Shown: positions 1 through 9,039 of the stretch, one piece after another
How positions within the stretch are numbered: position 1 is the first letter of the stretch
How the letters are laid out: each line of letters opens with the position of its first letter
Origin: Fimbriimonadales bacterium
GTDB taxonomy: Bacteria > Armatimonadota > Fimbriimonadia > Fimbriimonadales > JABRVX01
Direction of reading: 5' to 3'
DNA: 64,000 bases
NCBI GenBank assembly: GCA_045862955.1
Contig: BTVI01000001.1
Coordinates: forward strand, 94,740-158,739
The notes under the pieces: generated by a model
Seen by the model: the letters and a program-made list of their open reading frames with translations, nothing else
What the model was told of the DNA's origin: nothing
Databases searched by the model: none
Position numbers and translations under genes: made by a program

Positions 1-566
1 GCCACGTGCTCGATCCCCAACGGCGCGAGTAGGCGGACCCATCCGAGCCTCTCTGCCTCGACGCGCAGCACCAGGTCACCCCCGGTACGGACAAGCAACA
101 CCTCGCGGGGTGGGCTGGAAAAACAGATGGCTAGGCACGGTGCATCCGGACTGCCCGACAGCAGCAGCCACGGCTGGTCGGTCGGCGCGGGCACACCTTC
201 GCCAACGCTGCCACCGGGCCAGGTGAGGAAAGCCTTGTCCCACCCGTTTATTCGCAGGTTCATGGTCGTTGCGAAAGCGAGGTCGAGAGCCGGCAGGGCC
301 ACATGCAGCCGGAGCTTTTCGGGCCCGCCTGTAGCACCACCTCCCGCGATGACCTTTTGCAGGCAGCTTGTGCTAGAAAGCACCGCCCCGCGCACGGGAG
401 CGGCGAAGCGGAAGTCCGGCCCAGCAGTCCGGAAGCGGAATCCATCCCGCTCTACGATGAAGCAAGGGAGTGTATACGGGAAGGTACCACTGAGCCTACC
501 GACGGCTACGACCTCTGCATCGGCCCCAGCCCAGAGAAGCCCTAGGAGCGCGAGCACGAAGCTCAT
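1..566 (-). CDS. hypothetical secreted protein, N-terminal part only (gene runs off the left edge); last visible gene of the envelope operon
   Basis: Not in the ORF track because it has no stop in the window. ATG is at 566..564 (minus), 11 nt after the stop of the 578..2515 gene. My translation MSFVLALLGLLWAGADAEVVAVGRLSGTFPY... has a signal-peptide-like N-terminus and stays open to position 1. Confidence 0.55.
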   Translation of the reverse strand, partial: MSFVLALLGLLWAGADAEVVAVGRLSGTFPYTLPCFIVERDGFRFRTAGPDFRFAAPVRGAVLSSTSCLQKVIAGGGATGGPEKLRLHVALPALDLAFATTMNLRINGWDKAFLTWPGGSVGEGVPAPTDQPWLLLSGSPDAPCLAICFSSPPREVLLVRTGGDLVLRVEAERLGWVRLLAPLGIEHV

Positions 567-577
567 CGTTGCACGGC

Positions 578-2515
578 CTAGAACGGTGCAGCCAGCATCT
601 CGATGCCGAAGCGCCGATCAATGCTGGACCAGCGTAGGGCAATCTCGCGGTAGCCGAGGCGGTAGCCGAGCAGGAACGAGTGATCACGGAACGTGGACCC
701 CGGGCCGTCATCCCAGGTATAGCCGAATCCCACGCGCCACAGCTTCGAGAGGCCGATGGACGCATCACCGAATAGGGTGGTCGCATCTTTGTCCAGGCTG
801 CGGATTGCGTACACGCTGGCGGAGAGCGAGCCCGCGTTGGCCACCAACTGGGTGCTGAGCCGGTGCATCCCGAAACTGGAGACGCCGAACTGGTTGCGGT
901 TGTACTCGTAGTTCAGGGAGAGCGAGGCGGTGGGACCGAGCATGTAGGAGGAGCTGACCGTGGCGAGGACAGCCAACCCGTCCCCTGCCCCGCGCCCCCA
1001 TAGCTGGGTGAGCACCAAGCCGGTGCTCAGCGAGCCGCCTGCCACCTGCATGGGCACCGTTCTGGCCCGGTAGCGCAGGCCGTAGCCGCGGCGAGTCGTC
1101 ATCCCCTGACCTGCATCGTATTGCTGATAGGTCGCGGTAAGACCCACACTGTGATAGGCGGTCTTTCCGAAGAACGGGATGGGGGTCGTCTCTAGCGAAA
1201 GGTCCGCCCGCCGGTCGGAGGTCTGGGTCCCGCGCAGGGCCGTCCGACCCGAGGCGGACAACGACGCAGAGAAACCGTCGAACAGTTGGGAGAGCTGTGC
1301 GAAGCCTGCGAGGCTCTCGTGGCGGGGAGAGTCGAGCAGGAAGAAGCCGTCCAGCCGGTCGCCGAATCGTTGGTTGTGCCTAAGCGTAACGCCCCAGCGA
1401 TCAGGCGACAAGTCGCTCAACGTGAAGTCACCCGAGTAGGCCCAACCGTCTGAATACCGGCTCACCCAATCTAGCGTAGTTCCTCGAGAGCTGGTATACG
1501 CCCGCCCTGCGGCGTGCTGCGAGCGCAAGCGCAGCGAGTTGGACTGCCGCGGCCCGAGGCTCAGGTAGTAGGGCAGGTCCAAGACCAGGCCGTTCTGGTT
1601 CACGCCGAACATCTGCTCCGACACCAGCGCTCCGGGGCGCGTAAGATCGAGGGCGTAGTGCGGCATCGTGAGCACTCGATTGCTCCCGACATAGACGCGG
1701 GCGCCGTTGAAAAGCGCTTCCCTGCCCGGATTGACCACCACTCGACGAGCGACAATCACGGGTTGCGGTCCGAACAACTCGGTAAAGCGAAAGTCGTCGT
1801 AGCCGGCAGGGCGGCCCGCTTCACTCGCATCGGTCCCCTGCAACTGCACGAAGACCGCCCGGCCTTCCTTTTCGACTACGGCGACACCCGTGCGAGAGCG
1901 CAGGTTGTACGCGAGCTGCAGTGCCTCCAGCTGGGACGAGCCGACCCGAAGAATGGCGTTGTATGCGATCACGGAAAGGGGATCGAGGTCCAACTGGAGG
2001 TCGTCTGCTTCGATACGGATGGACTGGTACTCCACGTGCGCTCCACGGTCCGGCCCGGTAGCGGCAATCATGCGAAGCTCGACGTGATAGGCGAGATAGG
2101 AGGAGCCAGTCACATCCAGGAACGAAGCGACCTTGCGCAGCTGTGCTGCGTCCGCTACGAACTCCACTTCGATGTCCGCAACGGCGCGGTAGCCGGTGAC
2201 AGAAGCAGTGATCTTCGACCGACCGGGCACGCTGGATGCGACGAGAATACCACGAGCAACACCGCCCGAGGTGGCCACAGCGGGCTCCCGGAACTGTCCA
2301 AGCGACGCGGTGAAGGAAACGAGCGTACCATCGGGCACGTATCGCCCGGCCATATCGCGAACCGTCGCGCTTACGGTTAGGGTGCTCCGCGCGTCCGCAG
2401 GAGCGGCTTCGGGGTAGACCGATAGCTCTACGGCTGCCAGGTCCTGCGCGGCCAATGGCCACAGACAGCAGAGGAGAACGAATGCGACCAGCGTCCGAAG
2501 GGCCTTATGGGCCAT
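578..2515 (-). CDS. outer-membrane beta-barrel protein with N-terminal bacterial Ig-like (Big_1-type) domain
   Basis: Signal peptide MAHKALRTLVAFVLLCCLWPLAAQ. Ig-like segment LSVYPE..STLTVSATVRDMAGRYVPDGTLVSF..KITASV. Long C-terminal region with an alternating beta-strand pattern ending ...FGIEMLAAPF (terminal Phe is an OMP signature). The segment IEADDLQLD..AYNAILRVG..LQLAYN faintly recalls an OstA/LptD jellyroll (weak). Confidence 0.6.
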   Translation of the reverse strand: MAHKALRTLVAFVLLCCLWPLAAQDLAAVELSVYPEAAPADARSTLTVSATVRDMAGRYVPDGTLVSFTASLGQFREPAVATSGGVARGILVASSVPGRSKITASVTGYRAVADIEVEFVADAAQLRKVASFLDVTGSSYLAYHVELRMIAATGPDRGAHVEYQSIRIEADDLQLDLDPLSVIAYNAILRVGSSQLEALQLAYNLRSRTGVAVVEKEGRAVFVQLQGTDASEAGRPAGYDDFRFTELFGPQPVIVARRVVVNPGREALFNGARVYVGSNRVLTMPHYALDLTRPGALVSEQMFGVNQNGLVLDLPYYLSLGPRQSNSLRLRSQHAAGRAYTSSRGTTLDWVSRYSDGWAYSGDFTLSDLSPDRWGVTLRHNQRFGDRLDGFFLLDSPRHESLAGFAQLSQLFDGFSASLSASGRTALRGTQTSDRRADLSLETTPIPFFGKTAYHSVGLTATYQQYDAGQGMTTRRGYGLRYRARTVPMQVAGGSLSTGLVLTQLWGRGAGDGLAVLATVSSSYMLGPTASLSLNYEYNRNQFGVSSFGMHRLSTQLVANAGSLSASVYAIRSLDKDATTLFGDASIGLSKLWRVGFGYTWDDGPGSTFRDHSFLLGYRLGYREIALRWSSIDRRFGIEMLAAPF

Positions 2516-2537
2516 CCCCTGCCCCTAGCACTTCGCC

Positions 2538-3251
2538 TCAGTCTCCGAAGAGCAGCAGCGCCAGCACCACACCCGCGGCGGTTAACAGAAAGGCGGTGCG
2601 TGTGAAGCCGCCGGATATCTGTTTCCTCCGCTCGGGTGAAGACGAATCGAGGACTGCCTTCCCTATTCCAAGCGGCTCCGAGATCTCGGCCATCATTTTC
2701 GTCGCGGCATCGTCGATCGCCGCAGTCATGACGCCGACTTCGTCACTCTGCGAGTCCCCGCTCGCCTTGCCGGTCACCGCGGCGCTGACGACGACGGTGT
2801 TTTCTTCGACGTTGTACACCTCGAGGCTGACGACGATACTGCCGCTCCGTGTTGCCTCATCGTAGTGGTAACTCTCAATGGAACCGGCGAGCGCAAAGGG
2901 CGTGCGGAGGATACGTCCTACCTCGACAGCGCGCCATGTGTCGCCCTCCGGGACGTTGAAGGGTGGTTCGGCCTTCGAGAGCGGCAACCGTCCGTCTTCC
3001 AGCGCAAGCTGAATCGGGGCGGAGCGGCGGCTATAGTAAAGCGGCCGATACTCGCGCGTCGCCTCCAGCTTGGCGAACAGGGAGGAACGAAGCAACTCCG
3101 CGGGGTGGAAGTCCTCGGGAGGCGCCAGGTCGTCCGGTACTCCGAACTCGAACACCGTAATCGGGGTCTTCATATACCCCTTCTGGGCGAACACACCCGA
3201 GGCCGCCAGGATCAGCAGTAGGACTGCCGCCGGCCACATCCGATACCGCAT
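2538..3251 (-). CDS. CsgG/LpoB/PelC-like periplasmic domain protein with C-terminal transmembrane anchor
   Basis: ATG preceded by AAGGAGGA. Signal peptide MRYRMWPAAVLLLILAASGVFAQ. The pattern ITVFEFGVPDD ... GRILRTPFALAGSIESY ... VVSLEVYNVEENTVVVSAAVTG is typical of the CsgG/LpoB/FlgO alpha-beta fold. C-terminal helix TAFLLTAAGVVLALLLFGD. Confidence 0.5.
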   Translation of the reverse strand: MRYRMWPAAVLLLILAASGVFAQKGYMKTPITVFEFGVPDDLAPPEDFHPAELLRSSLFAKLEATREYRPLYYSRRSAPIQLALEDGRLPLSKAEPPFNVPEGDTWRAVEVGRILRTPFALAGSIESYHYDEATRSGSIVVSLEVYNVEENTVVVSAAVTGKASGDSQSDEVGVMTAAIDDAATKMMAEISEPLGIGKAVLDSSSPERRKQISGGFTRTAFLLTAAGVVLALLLFGD

Positions 3252-3273
3252 GTCTTCTCGTCCTCCTTGAAGC

Positions 3274-6063
3274 CTAGCGCGTCAGCACGTGCGGTCGGAC
3301 CACTCGTGCGACCTGTCCGTCCTCAGTGACTGCCGCGACCTCGATCACGTACGTACCCGGGGGCATCGAGACGCCGCTTGTGTCACGCGTGTCCCAGACG
3401 TGCTGCTGCACTCCGCGAGTTTCCGCCCTGCCTGCCGCAAGCGTCCTCACCACCTGGCCCGAAGCGCTGAGGATGCGCACGGTGGTATTAGCTTCTGCGC
3501 TAAGCGAGTACTGCACGTTGACACCGCCCACACCGCGGGTCTGCGTGACGTTTAGGCCGGTGATCATCACCTTAGAAGGCGCGGCCGGCGTCATCTCCAG
3601 CTTGAAGCGCCTCTGGCCCTCCGTCATCTGGAAGGTGTAAGCGGAGACGCTGCGCAGGTTGCGCACCACGCCCGTCTGCAGGTCGGTCAGACGGAACCCC
3701 ACGTCCTTGGGCAACTGCGAGAGGTTGGGCCAGGTGAGCGTCACCTCACCGTCCCGATCGGAAGTCACCGTGAAGTACCAAGTGGCCTCGCGGTCCGAGG
3801 CTGGCCGAATGTCTTGCGCGTATGGGCCCGAGTCTGCCCCCCAATCGTTGTTTTCGATGGCCACCCTCAGCCTGCCGTCCGGTGCGGGCGGCGGCTTGGG
3901 CACATCATAGCGGTCGATCCCCACTGACGCACCTTCGGTTACACCGAAGAAGGTCTTGGTGTCGGCGGAACCGTTCGAGCGCGCGGCAACCTGCAGGCGG
4001 AAGTGGCCGGGGCGCGGTGTCCACGGATCGGGTCCAGCCGCCCGCGGCGAGCCACCGACGCCTACGGTGAAGACCGGCGGCCAGATGACATCTACGGGCC
4101 GAGTTGCCGTGATCCGCACCCAGTAGCCGCGTGCAGGCTCGATCGGTGTGGTGAGGTCTTCGGTGAAGGTGTACTCACCGAGTGCCTTGTCCCACCGATA
4201 CAGCACGCCGCGAATCCAGCCGAGGCCGATGGCCTGCTCCAGGGAACGTGCCTGGCTAGGATCGTCCGCACCAACGAATACGAGCTGCCCGAATGGAATG
4301 GGATACAGCCAGGGATTGCCAATCATCCGCCAGCCGGGCTGCAGATTGATCTTGAAGTCACTGGTAACCTGCCCCGGCGGTGCGCTGGCTCCCTCCAGTG
4401 CGAAGACCGTGTCCTCGCCTGCGTCCAACCAGATCCCTTCGCCCCGAACAGCGTTCGTGACAGGGATGTAGCGGCCGGTGGTCGGGTCAACACCGATCGT
4501 CCGCAACCCCGGAGTGCCGAAGATGGCCTCGAAGCGGGTGTCACTGAATACGAACGGCAGCGTGACCATGTCGTATCCGTCGGTGACCTTCATCTTGTTC
4601 ACCGCAGGGATGTAGATGCGGTTCGTGACACTCTTGGCATTCGCAGGGGGCGGGCTGACGATGACGCGGTACTCGACGATACCGTTCACTGTGCCGTCGG
4701 CGACCACGTTCCACTTGACCGTAGTCGAGCGCCCAGCGGCGATGCGAGGGATGATCTTTTGCAAAGTCTCGCCGGGAGCTACCGAGAGGCCGGGGGGCAG
4801 GGAGAGCAACACGCTGACGTTCGTGAGGTCCACCTCGCGGTCAACGACCGAGTACCCGTTCGCCACGAGGGCAGAGATCGTGAAGGGGCTCGGAGCCAGG
4901 CTGTTCGGGCTGCTGGGATCGAACTGCAAGGCTCGGGGGGCTTCGGTCGTAACGGCCACTGGCACCTCGATGTTACTAGCCGCATTCGCCGAGCTCATGT
5001 ACTGCACGATACGTCTCCCGGGCCGCACCCCGAGGTCGCCGGGCACGTTGACGGGAACGTTGATGGGATTGTGGAACACCGCATAGGACGGGTCGATGAT
5101 CGGGAGGTCCGGTACCGTGAAGCCGTTCCATTGGACTCCCTGCAATAGGCGCCCCACGGACATGAACTCGATTCGATCGGCTGTGGTCAGGTCCGGGTGA
5201 CCGGAGTCGGGTTTGAGCCAGTGCCGGAAGCTAGGATAGGGGTCGCTCTGTCCCCAATACACGTCGAAGTATGGGGGGAACTGCGCAGTGCCGACCGAAG
5301 TTCGGTCTGCGATGTAGTCGGTGCTTCTCGGTCGCAGTCCGGGAATCAGCACGTACAGATTGTCGAGGAACCCGCGTCGGTCGCCATTTACGAACTGCCC
5401 GGGCGCGCGCTTTCGCATTGCGGTCCAGTGGCCGAAGCGCATCCCGATCTGAACGGGGTTTTCCGTGAAGTTATAGAAGTCCCACTGGAAGCGCCACGTG
5501 TCGCCTAACACGTCGATGCGCAGGTCCACCCAGACGTTGGGACCTCCGAAGTCCCACAGCCCCCGAATGTATGCGCCGCTGGCACCGATGTACGGCGCCA
5601 GACGCCAAGAGGTTCCCTCGCCGAACACCTTGTCGGTGGTAGTTTCCCCCTCGATCACGCGGATCGTCGCATAGCACCAATCGCCACCGGCGAAGGGGTA
5701 GCCGAAGGTAACAGCACAGTCGTCATCGGCTGTCGTCTGCTCGGACCCGGTGCCATACCCGAACGCGAACCTACCGCTGCCATCGGCGGAGATCGTCGGG
5801 TCGAAGCAGCCTTCCTCGGAAAAGTTGTAATTCTGCTCCGGGTCCCCCGTGGTGTCGTCGGCATCGTTGCCCCACGTCACCTGTCCGACGCTATTAGTAA
5901 AGATGTTGATGACCCCGTTCGTGAGCCCCAACAGGTTCTCCAAGTAATTTCCGGCGAACGGTGCGTCACCAAGACAGCCACGCCACGTCTGCGCAAGGGC
6001 AAACGTCGGCACGAGCATCATAGCGGCGATTAGGACCTGCGCGACCTTACGTTGGACAGCCAT
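3274..6063 (-). CDS. large secreted protein, unassigned N-terminal region plus conserved C-terminal module ending in a FlgD-Ig-like domain
   Basis: SD GGAAGGAG upstream. Signal peptide MAVQRKVAQVLIAAMMLVPTFALAQ. The last ~431 aa (3274..4569) are homologous to the C-termini of the 6082..8991 and 10853..16546 products. Terminal TVRILSASGQVVRTL..WDTRDTSGVSMPPGTYVIEV..VLTR is FlgD-Ig-like. Confidence 0.7.
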   Translation of the reverse strand: MAVQRKVAQVLIAAMMLVPTFALAQTWRGCLGDAPFAGNYLENLLGLTNGVINIFTNSVGQVTWGNDADDTTGDPEQNYNFSEEGCFDPTISADGSGRFAFGYGTGSEQTTADDDCAVTFGYPFAGGDWCYATIRVIEGETTTDKVFGEGTSWRLAPYIGASGAYIRGLWDFGGPNVWVDLRIDVLGDTWRFQWDFYNFTENPVQIGMRFGHWTAMRKRAPGQFVNGDRRGFLDNLYVLIPGLRPRSTDYIADRTSVGTAQFPPYFDVYWGQSDPYPSFRHWLKPDSGHPDLTTADRIEFMSVGRLLQGVQWNGFTVPDLPIIDPSYAVFHNPINVPVNVPGDLGVRPGRRIVQYMSSANAASNIEVPVAVTTEAPRALQFDPSSPNSLAPSPFTISALVANGYSVVDREVDLTNVSVLLSLPPGLSVAPGETLQKIIPRIAAGRSTTVKWNVVADGTVNGIVEYRVIVSPPPANAKSVTNRIYIPAVNKMKVTDGYDMVTLPFVFSDTRFEAIFGTPGLRTIGVDPTTGRYIPVTNAVRGEGIWLDAGEDTVFALEGASAPPGQVTSDFKINLQPGWRMIGNPWLYPIPFGQLVFVGADDPSQARSLEQAIGLGWIRGVLYRWDKALGEYTFTEDLTTPIEPARGYWVRITATRPVDVIWPPVFTVGVGGSPRAAGPDPWTPRPGHFRLQVAARSNGSADTKTFFGVTEGASVGIDRYDVPKPPPAPDGRLRVAIENNDWGADSGPYAQDIRPASDREATWYFTVTSDRDGEVTLTWPNLSQLPKDVGFRLTDLQTGVVRNLRSVSAYTFQMTEGQRRFKLEMTPAAPSKVMITGLNVTQTRGVGGVNVQYSLSAEANTTVRILSASGQVVRTLAAGRAETRGVQQHVWDTRDTSGVSMPPGTYVIEVAAVTEDGQVARVVRPHVLTR

Positions 6064-6081
6064 ACTCGTCGTAACTCCTTC

Positions 6082-8991
6082 CTAGCGCGTGAGCACCACG
6101 GGGCTCACGACCCTAACCTGTTCGCCGTTCGAGCCGGTGGCAGTGACCTGCGCCAGGTACACACCCGGCGGCATCGAGACGCCTGCCTGGTCTCGGCCAT
6201 TCCACACGGCCTGGTTAGCACCGGCAGCACGAGAGCCGGTGGACAGCATAGCCACTTGCTTCCCGGTCTGGGAGAGGATGCTAACGCTAACATGGGCCTC
6301 GCGGTTCAACGAGTACACCACCGTGTAGCTCACACCTCCTCGACCTTTGGACGACGTAACTCCCAGTCCCGTTACCATTAGCTTAGCGGCAGAGCTCGGG
6401 GTTGCCACGACCTTGAAGAGCCTGGGTGTTCCATCTGCAGCGGGTCGGAAGCTAAAGCTGCTCGTATGGTTCATCGAAATCCTGCGCCCGGATACCGTAT
6501 CCACGAGCGTGTAGGACACTCCCGATGCCGAGCGGACGATCTCCTCCCACTCCAACGTGACTTCACTATCGTTGTTAGGCGCCGTTACCGCTAGGGTCCA
6601 TTCGATGTTGTGCGCGCTAGCGGGCTTGAGAACCTGGGCGAACGGTGTCCGGCCGTCATCGCCGACTATTGTTAGTCTCACCGAGTCGATCGGTGCAGGG
6701 GCTTTCGGCACCGTGTCATAGGACGCATTCGGCTCTGCGGTCACACCGATGTAGTTGCGTGCGTCGCGCATGCCGCCTGCCGTTGCGGCGAGACGCAAGG
6801 CCCATCCATCGCCACGAATCGCGGGGCGGTCATCACCCGGAGCACGGGAGGACGTCGGAAGGGGGTGAATGATCAGCCTGCACTCCTTGCGGCAGTAGAC
6901 CCAAGCACCTTCCCAAGGATAAAGCTGGCCCTGTGGCGCTGCGCGCCAACTATATGCGAGCTCCGTGGGGGACCAGCGATAGATCTGCGGCCGGATGAAC
7001 TCGTCCGCGATGGCCTCTTCCAGGCTCATTCGCTTGTTGACGGACTGCACCTCGACCGAGTTCCAGTCCACCACGAATGGGAACGGGTTGCCGAACATCT
7101 GCCAACCCGGCTTCAGTCCGATGCTATACGAGTTGTCGGTGTCCGGCGGGTTCTGCACCGGGAGGGGCGTTGCCAGCGGGATGGTGAGGAAGTAGCCTAC
7201 TCCGAAGGGTCGGAAGTCGCCGGAGACACCAACCTTCGTGACGTCGGCATCGGGCGGAGCGAAGGATGCCCTTGCGTCGCTGGTATCCGACTGGGTGTAG
7301 CGCGCCCACTCCCCATCGGGCACCGGGTTGCCGTTTCGATCCTGGTAAACGAAGCGCTGAAGGCGGAACGTACCGGCGATCAGTTGCTCGGGTCGAGCGT
7401 TCCCAACACCGTACGGCACTGCGAACATGGCAGTTCCGGCGGGCTGTACCCTGGGTTGCACTCGGAAGGTCCGCGTCGGCACAGGCGAGATGGGGTTACC
7501 GTTGATTGCACTAGTAGCAGTTACCGAGAGTGTGTGGGAGCCGCTGGAGAACGCCCGCGTGAAGTCGATCTCCGAGAAGACACTGTCAATCGGTGTGATG
7601 GTGCCGTGCGGGATCACGGTCGTGCCGTCGCGCACTACCACCGATTCCGGCACTACGTTTCCGAGTCGGATACGCACTCGAATGTTCGTGTATTCGAACA
7701 CCTCGTTGGCTGCCGGAGACAGGAACTGAACCGACCCGCCGAACCGTCGCAGTGCCTCGAACAGGTCGATCTCCCCGTAACCATAGTCGGGGTTCGGAAC
7801 ACTCAAGTTGTGTGTATTAGCGGAGGAGCGGAGCACGTCGAATACGTCTGTTGCAGCGACTCCCTGAGAAAGCAACATCGCGATGGCCCCAGACGCCATA
7901 GGAGCGGCAAACGACGTGCCTACTGCCGTAGTGTAGATGCCACGCATGTCCATGACTGTAGTGGCTTCCGAAGGCCCGTATCCGTCTCCAGCCGGTGCTG
8001 CGAAGTCGACCTTGCGGCTTCGGTCGGTGGAACCCGGATTGGAGTAGCTGGCAATAGAGCCGCCCCGCGCTGTCGCTCCAATCGAGATGACGTTCGTGTA
8101 GCTCGCTGGCCAACCTGCCAATAGGGGTCGGTCATTTCCCGACGACGCGACGATCAGGGTGCCTTGGTTGAATATCTGGTTGATCAGCTCCTCTTCTCGT
8201 GCACTTCGGTTATAGCTACCAAGGCTGAGGTTGAGGACCGCGACTTTAGGTGTGCGCGAGTTGTTGTAGTCAACCACCCACTGGAGTGACTCCTCGTACA
8301 AGGCTGCAGAGAAGAACCAGGGGTTATCTGTTGCGCGGATTGGGAGAATCTTGATACCCTCCCAGCACACGCCGGCCATGCCGATCGCGTTGTTCGTTGC
8401 CGCGGCAATCACACTGGCAACCATCGTTCCATGAGAGTCGGGCCAGTTGGCGTCCGGGCTAGGATCGTTGCTGTCGTCATCGGCGTTGTAGCCGGGAAGC
8501 ATTCGGGACTGCCCGCCTCCGAGTTGGAAGTCGGGGTGCGAAATGTCTACCGACGTGTCCAGCACGCAGACGACGATTCCGTCTTTGCCCTTCTGGAAAT
8601 CCCAAGTCAGATGGACGTTCATCTGCTTAAGATTCCACTGCTGTGGATACAAGGGATCATTCGGGGTCTGCTCGTGGCGGAAGTACTTCCAGTTCGGCTC
8701 CGGGTTTCGGACTCCGGGAAGCTCGGCAAGTTCCTTCGCCTTCTCGATAGCAAGCTGAGAGGCGTTCGGCATCGCTGCCTGCTTAATGCGGAGCAGAAAG
8801 GAGTTTGGCACTCTCATAGCACGCACGAACTCCAGCCCGTTCGCCTCGGCGAAGGCTCTCGCCTGTGCAATGGTAGTACCTGGTGCCAGCGTCACACGGA
8901 TCTCTCCGTTGACGACGTCACCCGCCTCACTCGACTGTGCAGCTCCTGCTGCTGCCAACGCGAGGCCCAGTCCAATCAGCCATAGTCTCAT
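6082..8991 (-). CDS. secreted subtilisin-family (S8) serine protease with I9-like propeptide and the conserved C-terminal module
   Basis: Catalytic motifs VCVLDTSVDISHPDF (Asp), HGTMVASVIAA (His) and GTSFAAPMASGAIAMLLS (Ser). Signal peptide MRLWLIGLGLALAAAGAAQ. Propeptide-like GEIRVTLAPGTTIAQARAFAEANG. The last ~450 aa (6082..7434) are the shared module ending PPGVYLAQV..VVLTR. Confidence 0.85.
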   Translation of the reverse strand: MRLWLIGLGLALAAAGAAQSSEAGDVVNGEIRVTLAPGTTIAQARAFAEANGLEFVRAMRVPNSFLLRIKQAAMPNASQLAIEKAKELAELPGVRNPEPNWKYFRHEQTPNDPLYPQQWNLKQMNVHLTWDFQKGKDGIVVCVLDTSVDISHPDFQLGGGQSRMLPGYNADDDSNDPSPDANWPDSHGTMVASVIAAATNNAIGMAGVCWEGIKILPIRATDNPWFFSAALYEESLQWVVDYNNSRTPKVAVLNLSLGSYNRSAREEELINQIFNQGTLIVASSGNDRPLLAGWPASYTNVISIGATARGGSIASYSNPGSTDRSRKVDFAAPAGDGYGPSEATTVMDMRGIYTTAVGTSFAAPMASGAIAMLLSQGVAATDVFDVLRSSANTHNLSVPNPDYGYGEIDLFEALRRFGGSVQFLSPAANEVFEYTNIRVRIRLGNVVPESVVVRDGTTVIPHGTITPIDSVFSEIDFTRAFSSGSHTLSVTATSAINGNPISPVPTRTFRVQPRVQPAGTAMFAVPYGVGNARPEQLIAGTFRLQRFVYQDRNGNPVPDGEWARYTQSDTSDARASFAPPDADVTKVGVSGDFRPFGVGYFLTIPLATPLPVQNPPDTDNSYSIGLKPGWQMFGNPFPFVVDWNSVEVQSVNKRMSLEEAIADEFIRPQIYRWSPTELAYSWRAAPQGQLYPWEGAWVYCRKECRLIIHPLPTSSRAPGDDRPAIRGDGWALRLAATAGGMRDARNYIGVTAEPNASYDTVPKAPAPIDSVRLTIVGDDGRTPFAQVLKPASAHNIEWTLAVTAPNNDSEVTLEWEEIVRSASGVSYTLVDTVSGRRISMNHTSSFSFRPAADGTPRLFKVVATPSSAAKLMVTGLGVTSSKGRGGVSYTVVYSLNREAHVSVSILSQTGKQVAMLSTGSRAAGANQAVWNGRDQAGVSMPPGVYLAQVTATGSNGEQVRVVSPVVLTR

Positions 8992-9039
8992 CTAGACCAC
9001 CTCGAATGTCCGAGTTCGCACACCGTGTGAGCTGCCAAC

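Noticed and set aside
127-858. 243-aa plus-strand ORF (frame open from position 1)
   Set aside because: Its Arg/Ser/Pro-rich composition is typical of an antisense frame in GC-rich DNA. It overlaps the well-supported minus-strand genes 1..566 and 578..2515.
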